53,375 bases of DNA, from positions 1 to 53,375 of the IMG/VR virus record IMGVR_UViG_3300032290_000786, one strand, 5' to 3'. This DNA comes from a virus. Its lineage: Duplodnaviria > Caudoviricetes. Below, one piece after another: positions 9,198-18,550 of the stretch (positions are counted from its first letter, which is position 1; each line of letters starts with the position of its first letter). The position numbers and the translations under genes were made by a program. Under the pieces are notes generated by a model, which was given only the letters and a program-made list of their open reading frames with translations, was not told the origin of the DNA and searched no databases.

Positions 9198-9581
9198 TTA
9201 GATAGATGCCTCTTCTAGGAGTTGGAAGCCTTCTGCTCTATCATAAATACGATAATCAGCGCTTACAACGTCGAATTTTCGGCGTACAGCATTGAGAACA
9301 ACATCTTTATCTAGTGCTCCACAAGTGTACAAATCAAACTGCAGTCGAGCAGGTTGTTCTTCATCCCAGATGTGGAAAGCAATATGGCTAGTTTCAATGC
9401 CAACAATTGCTGTTACTCCTTGATTTCCAGGAGTTGTTACATAGTGAGCATGAGGACCCATAAGAACCTTCATACCAACTTTTGCAACTAAATCATTAAG
9501 AAATTCAATTGCTTCTTCATAAGAATTCAAAGGATTATTTACCTTTGCATTGATAAGAATATGCTTATGCTCTACTGACAT
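9198..9581 (-). CDS. speD: S-adenosylmethionine decarboxylase proenzyme
   Basis: HKHILI, GVTAIVGIETSHIAFHIWDE, DLYTCG. Confidence 0.85.
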   Translation of the reverse strand: MSVEHKHILINAKVNNPLNSYEEAIEFLNDLVAKVGMKVLMGPHAHYVTTPGNQGVTAIVGIETSHIAFHIWDEEQPARLQFDLYTCGALDKDVVLNAVRRKFDVVSADYRIYDRAEGFQLLEEASI

Positions 9582-9595
9582 TGCTAGTCCTCCAA

Positions 9596-9940
9596 CTACG
9601 CAAGACGGGTGTACTCAGGTTTGAATCCACGGTTATGGAGAATGGTAGCCCTCTCTTCCTCAGAAAGCCCTCCCCAAACGCCGTAATTTTCAGGAACTGC
9701 TAGAGCGTGCTCTAAGCACTCATTTTTAACAGGACATGGTTTACAGATTGATTTTGCAACATCAACACGAAGACGTTTGATATCTCCACGCATATTAGGG
9801 TCTAGGAAGAAAACTTCAGAGTCTTCATCCTTACATAATCCTTCTGCTTGCCAAGCCCAGAAATCGCTTTGTGGTTTCAAGACAGCACTGATTGTGTTGA
9901 TTGCTGACTGTCCTCGTGTTCTTACTGTTTCTGTTGTCAT
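9596..9940 (-). CDS. whiB: WhiB-family Fe-S transcription factor
   Basis: W....LC...D.EVFF, AKSICKPCPVKNECLEHAL, GVWGGLSEEER. Confidence 0.95.
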   Translation of the reverse strand: MTTETVRTRGQSAINTISAVLKPQSDFWAWQAEGLCKDEDSEVFFLDPNMRGDIKRLRVDVAKSICKPCPVKNECLEHALAVPENYGVWGGLSEEERATILHNRGFKPEYTRLA

Positions 9941-9957
9941 TGTGTCATTTACCTTAT

Positions 9958-10788
9958 CTATGCTTGTGCAGGTTCAGGAGTCATTTCTACTGCATCTACG
10001 GGTGTTTTGGCAAGTGCCTGTTCTATACGAATAACTTGCTGTTCTTCTGCCTCTTTTGTAAATGAGTCCGAGGCTATGTAGAAGACTAAAGACATCACTA
10101 GACCTACTGCTGTTGCTGTTCCTAAGGACTGTGTCCACTTAGCCCACGCGAGAGTGGTAGAAGGCAGTAGGGCAACGGATAGGACAGTTAATAAGGCAAG
10201 AAAGATAAGAATGAATGTAAATGTTGTATCAAGTTCAGCGTTAGATTTATTCACACGCAACTCTCTATCTTGAATCCACTCTCGTGTCTCTTCAAAGAAA
10301 GATTGTGCTTCTGCTGCTTTTGTTGGGTCTGAAGAGAGTTCTTTCTCTAATTTATCAATAAGAACGAGTGCTTCTTCAAAAGTTGCTTCTGTCTTTGCAT
10401 CTCCACCAACAGGAGGTTTTTGGTCAATTTCATACTTAACTACATCATCCATATACTCCAAAACTTTTTCTTTTAGTTTTGGTGCAAATACTGGGTCAAT
10501 AACTTTTGACTCAATAAGAATATTTTCAATAGTTGTCATCTCTGCAAAAAGAACATCTTGTTTAGCAACTTGGTCAGACCATACATTGACAATAACAAAT
10601 GCTAATAGCAAAGTAAACGCTGTTCCTGTAAATCCAACAAGTGGTGAAAGGACAGTCGAGTCATCCTCTGAAGACTTAATCTTTTTCTTCAAAATGAGAG
10701 CAGTAATTATTCCAGCAAAAACAATAGGAACAAGCACACATATTGAAATGATTAGTGCTGGGGACAGGGTTAAAAAAGATTCAATCAT
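9958..10788 (-). CDS. membrane protein, DUF4239/bestrophin-like
   Basis: Four TM helices with G..F.LLLAFVIVNVW and a soluble middle region. Confidence 0.6.
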   Translation of the reverse strand: MIESFLTLSPALIISICVLVPIVFAGIITALILKKKIKSSEDDSTVLSPLVGFTGTAFTLLLAFVIVNVWSDQVAKQDVLFAEMTTIENILIESKVIDPVFAPKLKEKVLEYMDDVVKYEIDQKPPVGGDAKTEATFEEALVLIDKLEKELSSDPTKAAEAQSFFEETREWIQDRELRVNKSNAELDTTFTFILIFLALLTVLSVALLPSTTLAWAKWTQSLGTATAVGLVMSLVFYIASDSFTKEAEEQQVIRIEQALAKTPVDAVEMTPEPAQA

Positions 10789-12842
10789 TAGTTGCCCTTC
10801 TGATTCTCGCTAATAAGTTTTACTTCACACGCATCAGTTGTGCAATAAGCCTCACCGATAGCATCTGCTGCCATTCCAGCATACACCCCTGAGAAGTCAA
10901 TTGGGAATAGGCGTAGCGTGCCTTGTTCTTCATATTCTTCTTCAGTAATCTGTGTGTAAGGCATCTGTGGATAAGTAAAGTTTCCTGATGGTAGGAACGA
11001 GACGGTCTTGAGTTGACCATCGTAAAGATGAAGAACTGTTCCTACTGCATTTGCTTCTGTTTCAGGATTGAAAGAAATTGTTACAGATACAGAGTTATCT
11101 GACCAGTAGCGCTGTGCGTATGCTGCTAGCGCCATCTTTTCGTAGATGGAGACATCTTTTTCTGCACGCTTTGATTCAGACTTGATAGGGAAATAAACAA
11201 CAGAAGTTGTTTCTGGTGATTCAGACGCTGGTTCAACTTTGTAGTTCGCCATCTTAAATAGCGGAAGCATAGGGTCTGAATTAGCAAAGCGAATGGTACG
11301 CATAAAATACTTACCGCCAGGAGTCCAATGGACGCCAGGACTTTCACCAGCAAGAATAGAAACCGTGCCAGAAGGCTTAATGGTTGTTGTCTTGATAGAT
11401 TCACGGATTCCGAGCCATTCAGAGTAAGTAGTGTCGTAATACTTAATTGTCTCGTATCCCTTGTCCATCCATTCACGAAGCGCTGGAAGTCCACGGTTGT
11501 CTGCAAAGTTTGCTACGCCTGACATTGAAGTTCCAATACGACGATTACGCTGCATAATTGCGTTGGTCTCTGCCCAGTGTGTAGGAAGAAGTGTCACAGT
11601 TTTTGCATAAAGGTAAGCAAACTTGAGGGTGCGCTTGTAGTCATCTAAATCTTCGTGACGGTTGAGGTAAGTCTCCACTAGTGTGCACATCTCATAAGAC
11701 TCCAAAGACTGCTCTGCACAAGGGTTATAGCCCTCTACGCGATAATCTTTGTTATTAGGTGGGTCAACTAAACGACCATATTGACGAGATACGTCTAACC
11801 AAATAACCCCAGGTTCTCCATTACGAGCAATGCCATCAACAATTGAGTCAAGGTTTGCACCAACATGAGCCTCTACAGAGTTGTTTGACATCCAAGCCCA
11901 CCCTGGATTCTTTGGGTCATAAGAGTTACGTTCTGGATAAATCTCTGGGTTCTTTAGGTTCAAGAAGTCTGCATCATCAATTCGACCAATGAGAAGTTCT
12001 GCTGAGCGACGAACATTTCCTGATACAACGCAAACGCCAATCATATTTCCAATATCTGCAATATCGCGACGAGTTACTTTCTCTCCTGCGCGACCAGTAA
12101 ACAATTTAGTGATGTGGTTTACAAGACGCTCTAACGGTTCGTGTCCCGCTGCTGTTCCGCCGAAAGTTTTAATCGGAGTCCCTGCTGGACGGACTTCTGA
12201 GTAATCAAATATTGGAGCCTTCGTATCTGGTCGTAAGTAGGCATTGATGATGAGTTCAAGTGTTTTGACCCATCCTTCTCTGGTATCTGGGACGACATAT
12301 GTCTCTCCTTCTAATGGTGCATAAATTGTAAAATCTTTGTCGGCGCCTTTATCATCAAAGCCAACACCAACACCAAGCATTGATGCTTCCATTAAAAATG
12401 TAAATGGTCGTGACGGTTCGTTCTTTGTCATTTCTTTTGTTGAAACAAACGCACAGTTTTGTAGTGCTGCAGAGTTTCTTTGTTCGTTAACAATTGGAGT
12501 TCCCATTACCCAAAGTCCACGACCTGGAGGTGACCACTTCAATTCAAATAAACGTTCGTATGCTTCTTTAGCAGATGCTTGTGCGCGAGAGTCATTCCAA
12601 GGAAGTCGCTGAGATTTAGCGTGGTCCTTTTGAATTGAATACATTCCATTGATTACGCGCTCGCAAACTTCAGACCAAGTCTCTTTTGTTCCATCTTCTT
12701 TCAAACGTGAATATGTGCGTAAGAAAGTAATTTCTCCAACAGAATTGCCAGCAGCATCACGGTAACCAAACGGAGCCTTACGTTCTTTATAACCGTTTAC
12801 AAAATCTTCTGACAGTTTGAATGAGAAATGAATGGACACCAA
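10788..12842 (-). CDS. nrdJ: class II (adenosylcobalamin-dependent) ribonucleotide reductase, monomeric RTPR type
   Basis: RTYSR, PPGRGLW, NCAF, GNVRRSA, NPCAEQ, TTIKPSGTVS, C-terminal CTTDAC. Confidence 0.95.
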   Translation of the reverse strand: MVSIHFSFKLSEDFVNGYKERKAPFGYRDAAGNSVGEITFLRTYSRLKEDGTKETWSEVCERVINGMYSIQKDHAKSQRLPWNDSRAQASAKEAYERLFELKWSPPGRGLWVMGTPIVNEQRNSAALQNCAFVSTKEMTKNEPSRPFTFLMEASMLGVGVGFDDKGADKDFTIYAPLEGETYVVPDTREGWVKTLELIINAYLRPDTKAPIFDYSEVRPAGTPIKTFGGTAAGHEPLERLVNHITKLFTGRAGEKVTRRDIADIGNMIGVCVVSGNVRRSAELLIGRIDDADFLNLKNPEIYPERNSYDPKNPGWAWMSNNSVEAHVGANLDSIVDGIARNGEPGVIWLDVSRQYGRLVDPPNNKDYRVEGYNPCAEQSLESYEMCTLVETYLNRHEDLDDYKRTLKFAYLYAKTVTLLPTHWAETNAIMQRNRRIGTSMSGVANFADNRGLPALREWMDKGYETIKYYDTTYSEWLGIRESIKTTTIKPSGTVSILAGESPGVHWTPGGKYFMRTIRFANSDPMLPLFKMANYKVEPASESPETTSVVYFPIKSESKRAEKDVSIYEKMALAAYAQRYWSDNSVSVTISFNPETEANAVGTVLHLYDGQLKTVSFLPSGNFTYPQMPYTQITEEEYEEQGTLRLFPIDFSGVYAGMAADAIGEAYCTTDACEVKLISENQKGN

Positions 12843-12934
12843 TAGACTCCCTCTATGAAAAATAATGAATAAATATCGTAATGCGTTATTCGTCTATGGT
12901 TTTTTACGACCCTAGAAAGTAAGACTACACCAAA

Positions 12935-13162
12935 CTAAAACAGCGGGTTTTGAAGTCCATCGTCCAATGCGTCATTGAGAGTATCTAACACCATTGCGTT
13001 TGCGAGTTCAAGTCCCAATAAAAACTGTCCAGAAAGATTTCCTTCTTTTACTATGTTAATTTTTCTTTGTATATCATTAGATATTTTTAGACGAGTTTCA
13101 TATTCTATTCTTTCTTTTTCCTGAGAATGGTTAGCCCAAGTGGTAACGACATTTTCACACAT
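12935..13162 (-). CDS. hypothetical protein
   Basis: 75-aa ORF overlapping the upstream gene. Confidence 0.55.
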   Translation of the reverse strand: MCENVVTTWANHSQEKERIEYETRLKISNDIQRKINIVKEGNLSGQFLLGLELANAMVLDTLNDALDDGLQNPLF

Positions 13163-13478
13163 AGTGATACTCTCCTTGTTGAGAAAGAATGAACTCTAAC
13201 GATATAACAGGAACTCCTATTGCCTTAGCAACCTCAACCTCTAGTTGAGCCCCAGAAGAGTCTTCCCACCCTGGAAGGGTAACAACAACCGTAGCCTCAA
13301 GAACGGCTCTAATATCTGCACGCATATATTCTTCTTTAGATAATCCTTGGTTTCCATCAAAGCATTCTGCTGGATTGAAAACGTGATTACCTAAGTCGCG
13401 CAAAGTTTTAGCCGCTTTGTGAAAAGCAGGATAGTTGAAATTAGGAAGACCCGTCATAGGTCCCGACAAGTAAAGCAT
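13155..13478 (-). CDS. DUF4406 / nucleoside 2-deoxyribosyltransferase-like protein
   Basis: YLSGPMTGLPNFNYPAF, NPAE, LPGWEDSSGAQLE. Confidence 0.85.
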   Translation of the reverse strand: MLYLSGPMTGLPNFNYPAFHKAAKTLRDLGNHVFNPAECFDGNQGLSKEEYMRADIRAVLEATVVVTLPGWEDSSGAQLEVEVAKAIGVPVISLEFILSQQGEYHYV

Positions 13479-13483
13479 TGCTG

Positions 13484-14263
13484 TTACTTATTTTTTAAGA
13501 TTGCTGCCCAAGTTTTAGGACCAACTACTCCATCAGCATCACCAAGTTTTGGATTTGCTTTCTGGAATGCAACTACTGCTTTCTTAGTTACAGGACCATA
13601 AATACCATCTGGTTTTGGAACGCCAAGTTTTTGTTGAATAGTTTTAACGTGAACACCTGATTCGCCTGGGTCAATAGTTTCTCCAGGATAAACAAGTGGG
13701 TCAGTTATTGGTGCTTTAGCAACCTTTGGTGCAACTGGGTTAGCAGTTGTTCCTGCATAGTCAGGACGACCCCAACCAACAATTCCATTTAGAAGTTTCT
13801 TTGGATTATTCTTTTTGAAAGCGCGTTCTTTCTTACAGCACTCTCCGCCATTTCGCTGGTCTCCCTTTGGGTTTCCTGCGGTATTTCCTTCAATAGTGGT
13901 GCAGAGACCTGACTTTGCATCTACCTTTGTAATAATTCCAACGTGACTAATCCGGTCAACACCGTCTCCTGGGAAATCAAAATAAACAATATCTCCTGCT
14001 TCAGGAACATTTACTCCATCATTTTCATACCAACGCTTTTGTTTCTTGAAACCATCTGCTCCTGCAACGGTTGAAACAGTATTAGGAACTTTTACACCCG
14101 CTTCGTTAGCGCACCACATAACAAAACTTCCGCACCATGCTAAGAAGTTTGCCTTTGTAAATGCACCATACTTTGTCTGGTTATCTTTCGGACCTTCAAT
14201 AGTTCCGACCTCTGCTGTCGCAACTTCAATGAGTCGCGCTGCTGTTCCTTGTGCTGCTGCCAT
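13484..14263 (-). CDS. endolysin: CHAP amidase plus peptidoglycan-binding domain
   Basis: WCGSFV, GDIVYF, HVGI, TIEGNT; C-terminal DGIYGPVT..AV.AFQ...DGVVGPKTW. Confidence 0.9.
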   Translation of the reverse strand: MAAAQGTAARLIEVATAEVGTIEGPKDNQTKYGAFTKANFLAWCGSFVMWCANEAGVKVPNTVSTVAGADGFKKQKRWYENDGVNVPEAGDIVYFDFPGDGVDRISHVGIITKVDAKSGLCTTIEGNTAGNPKGDQRNGGECCKKERAFKKNNPKKLLNGIVGWGRPDYAGTTANPVAPKVAKAPITDPLVYPGETIDPGESGVHVKTIQQKLGVPKPDGIYGPVTKKAVVAFQKANPKLGDADGVVGPKTWAAILKNK

Positions 14264-14272
14264 TTTTATCTC

Positions 14273-14542
14273 CTAGATTGTTTCTTCGGGTAAGTCGGTT
14301 ATACATTCGTGATTAAGAATAAGAATGTCTGAGCCTTCGCACTCATCACAAGGGAGGAGTTCGATTCGGTCCATATCTTCTAAGACTTCAAATACTTCTA
14401 TAACGCTATCTTTGAGTAGAGAGATTTGTGAGTCTGGTGATGAAATATCAAACTCAAGTGGGTTGTCATCAACGTCCCAACCCTGTCGGTACATAATTTC
14501 TTCAACAATAGTTTCTATATCTGGAAACATAGGGTTAGTCAT
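14273..14542 (-). CDS. hypothetical protein
   Basis: 89-aa acidic ORF in operon. Confidence 0.55.
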   Translation of the reverse strand: MTNPMFPDIETIVEEIMYRQGWDVDDNPLEFDISSPDSQISLLKDSVIEVFEVLEDMDRIELLPCDECEGSDILILNHECITDLPEETI

Positions 14543-14745
14543 TTGTTAATAACTTCCTTTCCTGTTGTCACATATCCGATAGGGAATGAACCTGCCCAAA
14601 GCGCAAGACAGTCTGTGGAGTGAAAACGCTGGATAGACCCCGCCCACATAACGGTGATTACCTCTGAGCCGTGAATATGCGAGCGGAAGTGGGTTGGACA
14701 CCCCTCCCAGTTACAAGAAATATTGCGTGGCATATCGAGGCTCAT
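14539..14745 (-). CDS. hypothetical protein (Cys/His)
   Basis: 68-aa ORF; TAAACT 6 nt upstream. Confidence 0.55.
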   Translation of the reverse strand: MSLDMPRNISCNWEGCPTHFRSHIHGSEVITVMWAGSIQRFHSTDCLALWAGSFPIGYVTTGKEVINK

Positions 14746-14779
14746 AGATAAAGTTTATCTGCTGCTATAGGATATGAAT

Positions 14780-15439
14780 ATGACAACACGCACAGATGTA
14801 TTGATTGCAACGCCAGGGCACTCCGCAAAGATGGAGTATGTAAAGTCTTTAGTAAAGACCTGCGCTGAATTAGATAAGCGGGGCATTACTTATCAGTTCA
14901 TCTCTCGGTACTCCTCTTTTGTGGCAACTGCCCGAGAACTTACTGCCCTAGACAGTTCCCAACACAACTATGCCGAGGGTGCTGGGGTTGCTGGTGGAAT
15001 TGAATATAAGAAGTTATTTTGGATTGATTCTGACATTGAGTGGGAGCCTGAAGACTTCTTGAAGTTATATGAAAGTGACTTGGACATTCTTTCTGGGCTC
15101 TATGTTCTAGATACTATTGGAACAGTTGCTGTCAACTATCCAAACGATAGGGGTGCTCCAACAAGAGTCAACAAGGTTGAGTTCTTATTACATAGCGACC
15201 CTGTTGAGGTTGGTGGCGTTGGATTTGGATTTGTCTGTATTAAGAGTGGAGTCTTTGAGGACATGAAAAGACCGTGGTTCCTAATCAACCGAGTCCAATG
15301 GGAAGAAGGACGAGAGTTGAAGGTCAATGTTGGAGAAGATTATTCTTGGTGTGCCAACGCTTCTAGGGCTGGATTCAAGATTTTTGTAGACCCTGAAGTC
15401 AAGGTCAAACACCATAAAGAGACTGTTTACGAGGTATAG
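14780..15439 (+). CDS. GT-A fold glycosyltransferase-like protein
   Basis: VLIATP, FWIDSDI (DxD), GFGFVCI, GEDYSWC, H-H-K; ATG 14780 lies 6 nt after TAGGAT. Confidence 0.75.
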   Translation: MTTRTDVLIATPGHSAKMEYVKSLVKTCAELDKRGITYQFISRYSSFVATARELTALDSSQHNYAEGAGVAGGIEYKKLFWIDSDIEWEPEDFLKLYESDLDILSGLYVLDTIGTVAVNYPNDRGAPTRVNKVEFLLHSDPVEVGGVGFGFVCIKSGVFEDMKRPWFLINRVQWEEGRELKVNVGEDYSWCANASRAGFKIFVDPEVKVKHHKETVYEV

Positions 15440-15447
15440 AGGTAAAA

Positions 15448-15954
15448 ATGCCAAGAGACGAAGAAGCAAGGAAAAAGTATCTAGAAGAATATTATAAAAG
15501 ACCTGAAGTTATTGCTCGTAGGAAAGAAATACTAAAAAAATATAGCAGCAGTTCTAAAGGCAAAAAGAGAGCAAAAAAATATAATAACAGTTCTAAAGGA
15601 AAAAAGAAAACAGAAAAATATAATAGTAGTTCTAAAGGGTTAGAAAACAGAAAAAAATACAATAGCAGTCCTAAAGGAGTGAAGAGCAGTAGAAATGTAT
15701 CTTTAATGTACAAATACAAAATTACCGAACAAAGATACTTTGAAATTTTAGAAAAGCAAATGGGTCTGTGCGCTATTTGTAGAAGCGATTCTCCAAGACG
15801 GAGGGGTAGTAAAAATTTTACTGTAGACCATAACCATACAACTATGGAAGTTAGAGGACTACTCTGCCACCACTGTAATGTAATGATTGGTTTGGCTAAA
15901 GACAGTATTGAGGTTTTAGAAACGGCTATTAAGTACTTAAAAAACTATAAATAA
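15448..15954 (+). CDS. endonuclease VII-domain protein (probable homing endonuclease) with Lys-rich repeats
   Basis: QMGLCAIC, VDHNH, VRGLLCHHCN..IG; AT-rich relative to neighbours. Confidence 0.85.
   Translation: MPRDEEARKKYLEEYYKRPEVIARRKEILKKYSSSSKGKKRAKKYNNSSKGKKKTEKYNSSSKGLENRKKYNSSPKGVKSSRNVSLMYKYKITEQRYFEILEKQMGLCAICRSDSPRRRGSKNFTVDHNHTTMEVRGLLCHHCNVMIGLAKDSIEVLETAIKYLKNYK
15535..15690 (+). repeat. four 39-bp (13-aa) tandem repeats, KKYnsSsKG
   Basis: Units at 15535, 15574, 15613 and 15652. Confidence 0.85.
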
Positions 15955-16049
15955 ACTGTCTACAAAATCTAAATAAAAAATAATTCTTATTGCGGATTAA
16001 AATATTTTTTCTTTTTAACCCTTCTTATACAATAAACAACTTGACACGC

Positions 16050-16352
16050 AACCCTAAAAGTCAAGGAAAAGCGGAGATACTCCGATATTCTGATACTCTA
16101 ATACTGATATACTGAAGCCCTAAAAGTGAAGAAAAAATACTTCACTATCAAACTATCAACCACTATTAAGATGCTACTATCAACCACTATGAAACAATAT
16201 CTGACTATCGCAGTATTTATAGTATTTACTATTATAATTTACCGGGAGTACTCAAGAGTACGCTCATACGCGTAGGGTAAACATAGTGGTCAATAGTGGT
16301 TATACTAAGTGATAGTAGAAATGGTGTATAGTAGTTTTAATTAGTTTATAGT
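16050..16352. repeat. AT-rich iteron-like region, candidate replication origin
   Basis: ACTATCAACCACTAT at 16152 and 16176; ACTAT repeats on the left mirrored by ATAGT on the right (ATAGTGGT at 16283, 16293); central palindromes GAGTACTC and TACGCGTA; CCCTAAAAGT twice. Confidence 0.55.
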
Positions 16353-16476
16353 AAAGTTAAGGTTGAGGGTTTCTATATTTTTGATTTGTCAAATTTATAG
16401 AGGTCAATAATTGGATAGACAAATAGAGAGTTGTGGGTATAAGATTTTAGGTAACGATATAGGGACGGTGGTTTAT

Positions 16477-16716
16477 ATGGAAACTCCTTTTGGGGAATAT
16501 CCATCTATGGATGCAAGTGGGATACCAACTCCTGTTTGTCCTATCTGCTTAAACGATTGGTTAGTTGTTCCAGTTAGGTTTTCAAAAGAAACTTACACAA
16601 TTGTCCAATGGGGAGTAGAAGCAACTTGTTATGCCTGTAAAACAAAACTTACTGCTTGCACCCCTTTAGATATTCCAGATGGATGGAGAGGACCTGAGGA
16701 CTATGACGACTTCTGA
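16477..16716 (+). CDS. Zn-ribbon protein
   Basis: CPIC...CYAC; start moved to ATG 16477. Confidence 0.65.
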   Translation: METPFGEYPSMDASGIPTPVCPICLNDWLVVPVRFSKETYTIVQWGVEATCYACKTKLTACTPLDIPDGWRGPEDYDDF

Positions 16717-16924
16717 GTTAGATGAAAAATATGATGACCTTGTTGGAATTATTGCTGCAAGTTTATTGAAGCACTGGTTTCCCAAGAATATGCCAAAGGA
16801 TTTAGAAGACTCTAAAGCCTGGGTTGATATTGCTTTTTCTGATGCAACAGCAGTTGTGAAGGAATTAGTTGTTAAGGGGATTGTTACTACTGAAGATGAG
16901 GAGCAAGTATGGACAACGGAATAA
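16703..16924 (+). CDS. hypothetical protein
   Basis: GAGGA RBS; overlapping operon. Confidence 0.6.
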   Translation: MTTSELDEKYDDLVGIIAASLLKHWFPKNMPKDLEDSKAWVDIAFSDATAVVKELVVKGIVTTEDEEQVWTTE

Positions 16925-17133
16925 CTCTAGGTCTACCTGACTTAGGAATGATATTGGCTCTCGGGTTTATTGGAAACCTACTATCTATACAATGGATACG
17001 ATTTAGAGACCAAGTAAAGAAGAGACAGATGATGGAGAACTTTTTGGCTCATATCCAAGAAAAGATTGAGACAGAAGAAGAGTTCCAGGAAATCATTGAC
17101 AAGATGAGAAAGGATTTTGGAAGTGAGCAATAA
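16909..17133 (+). CDS. single-TM hypothetical protein
   Basis: N-terminal TM followed by a coiled coil. Confidence 0.6.
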   Translation: MDNGITLGLPDLGMILALGFIGNLLSIQWIRFRDQVKKRQMMENFLAHIQEKIETEEEFQEIIDKMRKDFGSEQ

Positions 17134-17662
17134 TAAAAATATGCCAGAGATAGATGAAGAGACCAAAGCCGCTTTTGCAAAGATGGGTTTCTCTCTTGAA
17201 GAACTAACTAAAGATGTTGATTCTCTCAATGAGAATACCGATAAGCGACGAAGCCGTAAGGTTTGTGTCTGCGGACATACCCATACCAAGCACAAGAAGA
17301 ATTCTTTAGGAGATGTTCGTTGTCGTCCTAATGCTAGATACTGCCACTGCGATTCCTTCCGAGGAGTTATTGAGACAAGCAACCTTAGAGTCTTTATGCG
17401 ATTCTCTAGAGGTAACGACACCCTCCATGCTTTGTCTCAAGGTATCCATGCTTTGATGCAGGAAGGTGGAAGTTTCAAATGGATTGAGGGAACTTGTATC
17501 TGCCAGAAGTGCGGAGCAACTGAAGAGATTATTCCTGTTGTTATTACAAAGGACGGTCTAGCAGCAGTTCCAGATAAAGACAAGATTAGCGGTCTATTAG
17601 ATATTCTTATCTGTCGTGACTGTAATCTCAAACTCCAGAAGACGGGAACAATCACATGGTAG
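17123..17662 (+). CDS. Cys/His-rich Zn-binding protein
   Basis: CVCGH...H, C...CHC, CQKC, CRDC. Confidence 0.65.
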   Translation: MSNNKNMPEIDEETKAAFAKMGFSLEELTKDVDSLNENTDKRRSRKVCVCGHTHTKHKKNSLGDVRCRPNARYCHCDSFRGVIETSNLRVFMRFSRGNDTLHALSQGIHALMQEGGSFKWIEGTCICQKCGATEEIIPVVITKDGLAAVPDKDKISGLLDILICRDCNLKLQKTGTITW

Positions 17663-17952
17663 ATAGAATAGATTTGATGAAGATTATCTCAGGACACCTT
17701 CACGAAAAGATTATGGATGGAAGTCTGAAGCCAGATGCAACACCTGACCTGCTTTCTTTTATAGAGGAAGCAATTAAAACCAGAGAAGATTCTTTGGTTG
17801 AGGGGCTTGCAACTCTTACCCGTGATTGGGAAACCGCCATGGGTGCAGACGATAAATCTCTATACACACTTGGTTTGCGTAGAGCCATTGACCTGATTCG
17901 TGGAGAAACTCATAAACCACTTGGTGAAGATGTTAGGGATTTCAAACTCTAA
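17656..17952 (+). CDS. hypothetical protein
   Basis: 98-aa ORF, LYTLGLRRAID. Confidence 0.6.
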   Translation: MVDRIDLMKIISGHLHEKIMDGSLKPDATPDLLSFIEEAIKTREDSLVEGLATLTRDWETAMGADDKSLYTLGLRRAIDLIRGETHKPLGEDVRDFKL

Positions 17953-18170
17953 ACAGCCAAACCAAAAGCAGTTTTAGTTAATCTTTTTTCCAAAAAATCT
18001 CTATACAATAGACAAAGATTTTGTGCGGAACCACCTGCTTTTTTGACTCTGTTGTTAAGACAAAGTGGGACGTTCTGACTGAGCGTTTTGAAAAATTCTT
18101 TCCCATCATATCTGCTAATGTGTGTTCCACTGAGATTACCTTCCGAACCTCAGTGAGGAGAAACACAACG

Positions 18171-18452
18171 ATGAACAAAGCAATGATTGAGTCCTACCTC
18201 CGTAACCTTCTAGGTCAAGCCGTTGGTGCAATCACCATCGTGGCTCAGACCAGTGGTGTCGGTAGCCCTGCAGACTTCGGACAGAGCGAGTGGCTACTTG
18301 TAGCCAATTCCCTTTGGGCATCCCTAGTTCCCGTAGCCCTTCGCTACATCAACAAGAAAGACCCTGCCTTCGGCAAGGTTGCTGAAGTTGCTGCTGCCGA
18401 AGTAACAAAGAAGATTTCTAAAAAGGCTGCTGCTAGCAAGAGCAAAAAGTAA
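18171..18452 (+). CDS. putative holin-like membrane protein
   Basis: GAGGAG RBS; SYLR..., VPVALRYIN.KDPAFG; basic C-terminus. Confidence 0.5.
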   Translation: MNKAMIESYLRNLLGQAVGAITIVAQTSGVGSPADFGQSEWLLVANSLWASLVPVALRYINKKDPAFGKVAEVAAAEVTKKISKKAAASKSKK

Positions 18453-18471
18453 AAACAACTCAACAACGTTG

Positions 18472-18524
18472 GTAGTCCCTCTGCAGTAAAAAATATATAA
18501 AATAATTATCTGCAGGGGGCTACC
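18472..18524. other. long GC-stem hairpin with AT-rich loop
   Basis: GTAGTCCCTCTGCAG ... CTGCAGGGGGCTAC, upstream of the TerS-like gene. Confidence 0.6.
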
Positions 18525-18550
18525 TCCCTTATCAAAGGTAACTCTCCGAA

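Noticed and set aside
12843-12934. Cobalamin riboswitch or NrdR boxes upstream of nrdJ; intein in nrdJ
   Set aside because: Gap is short and AT-rich with no matching motifs; protein length is normal with no splice motifs
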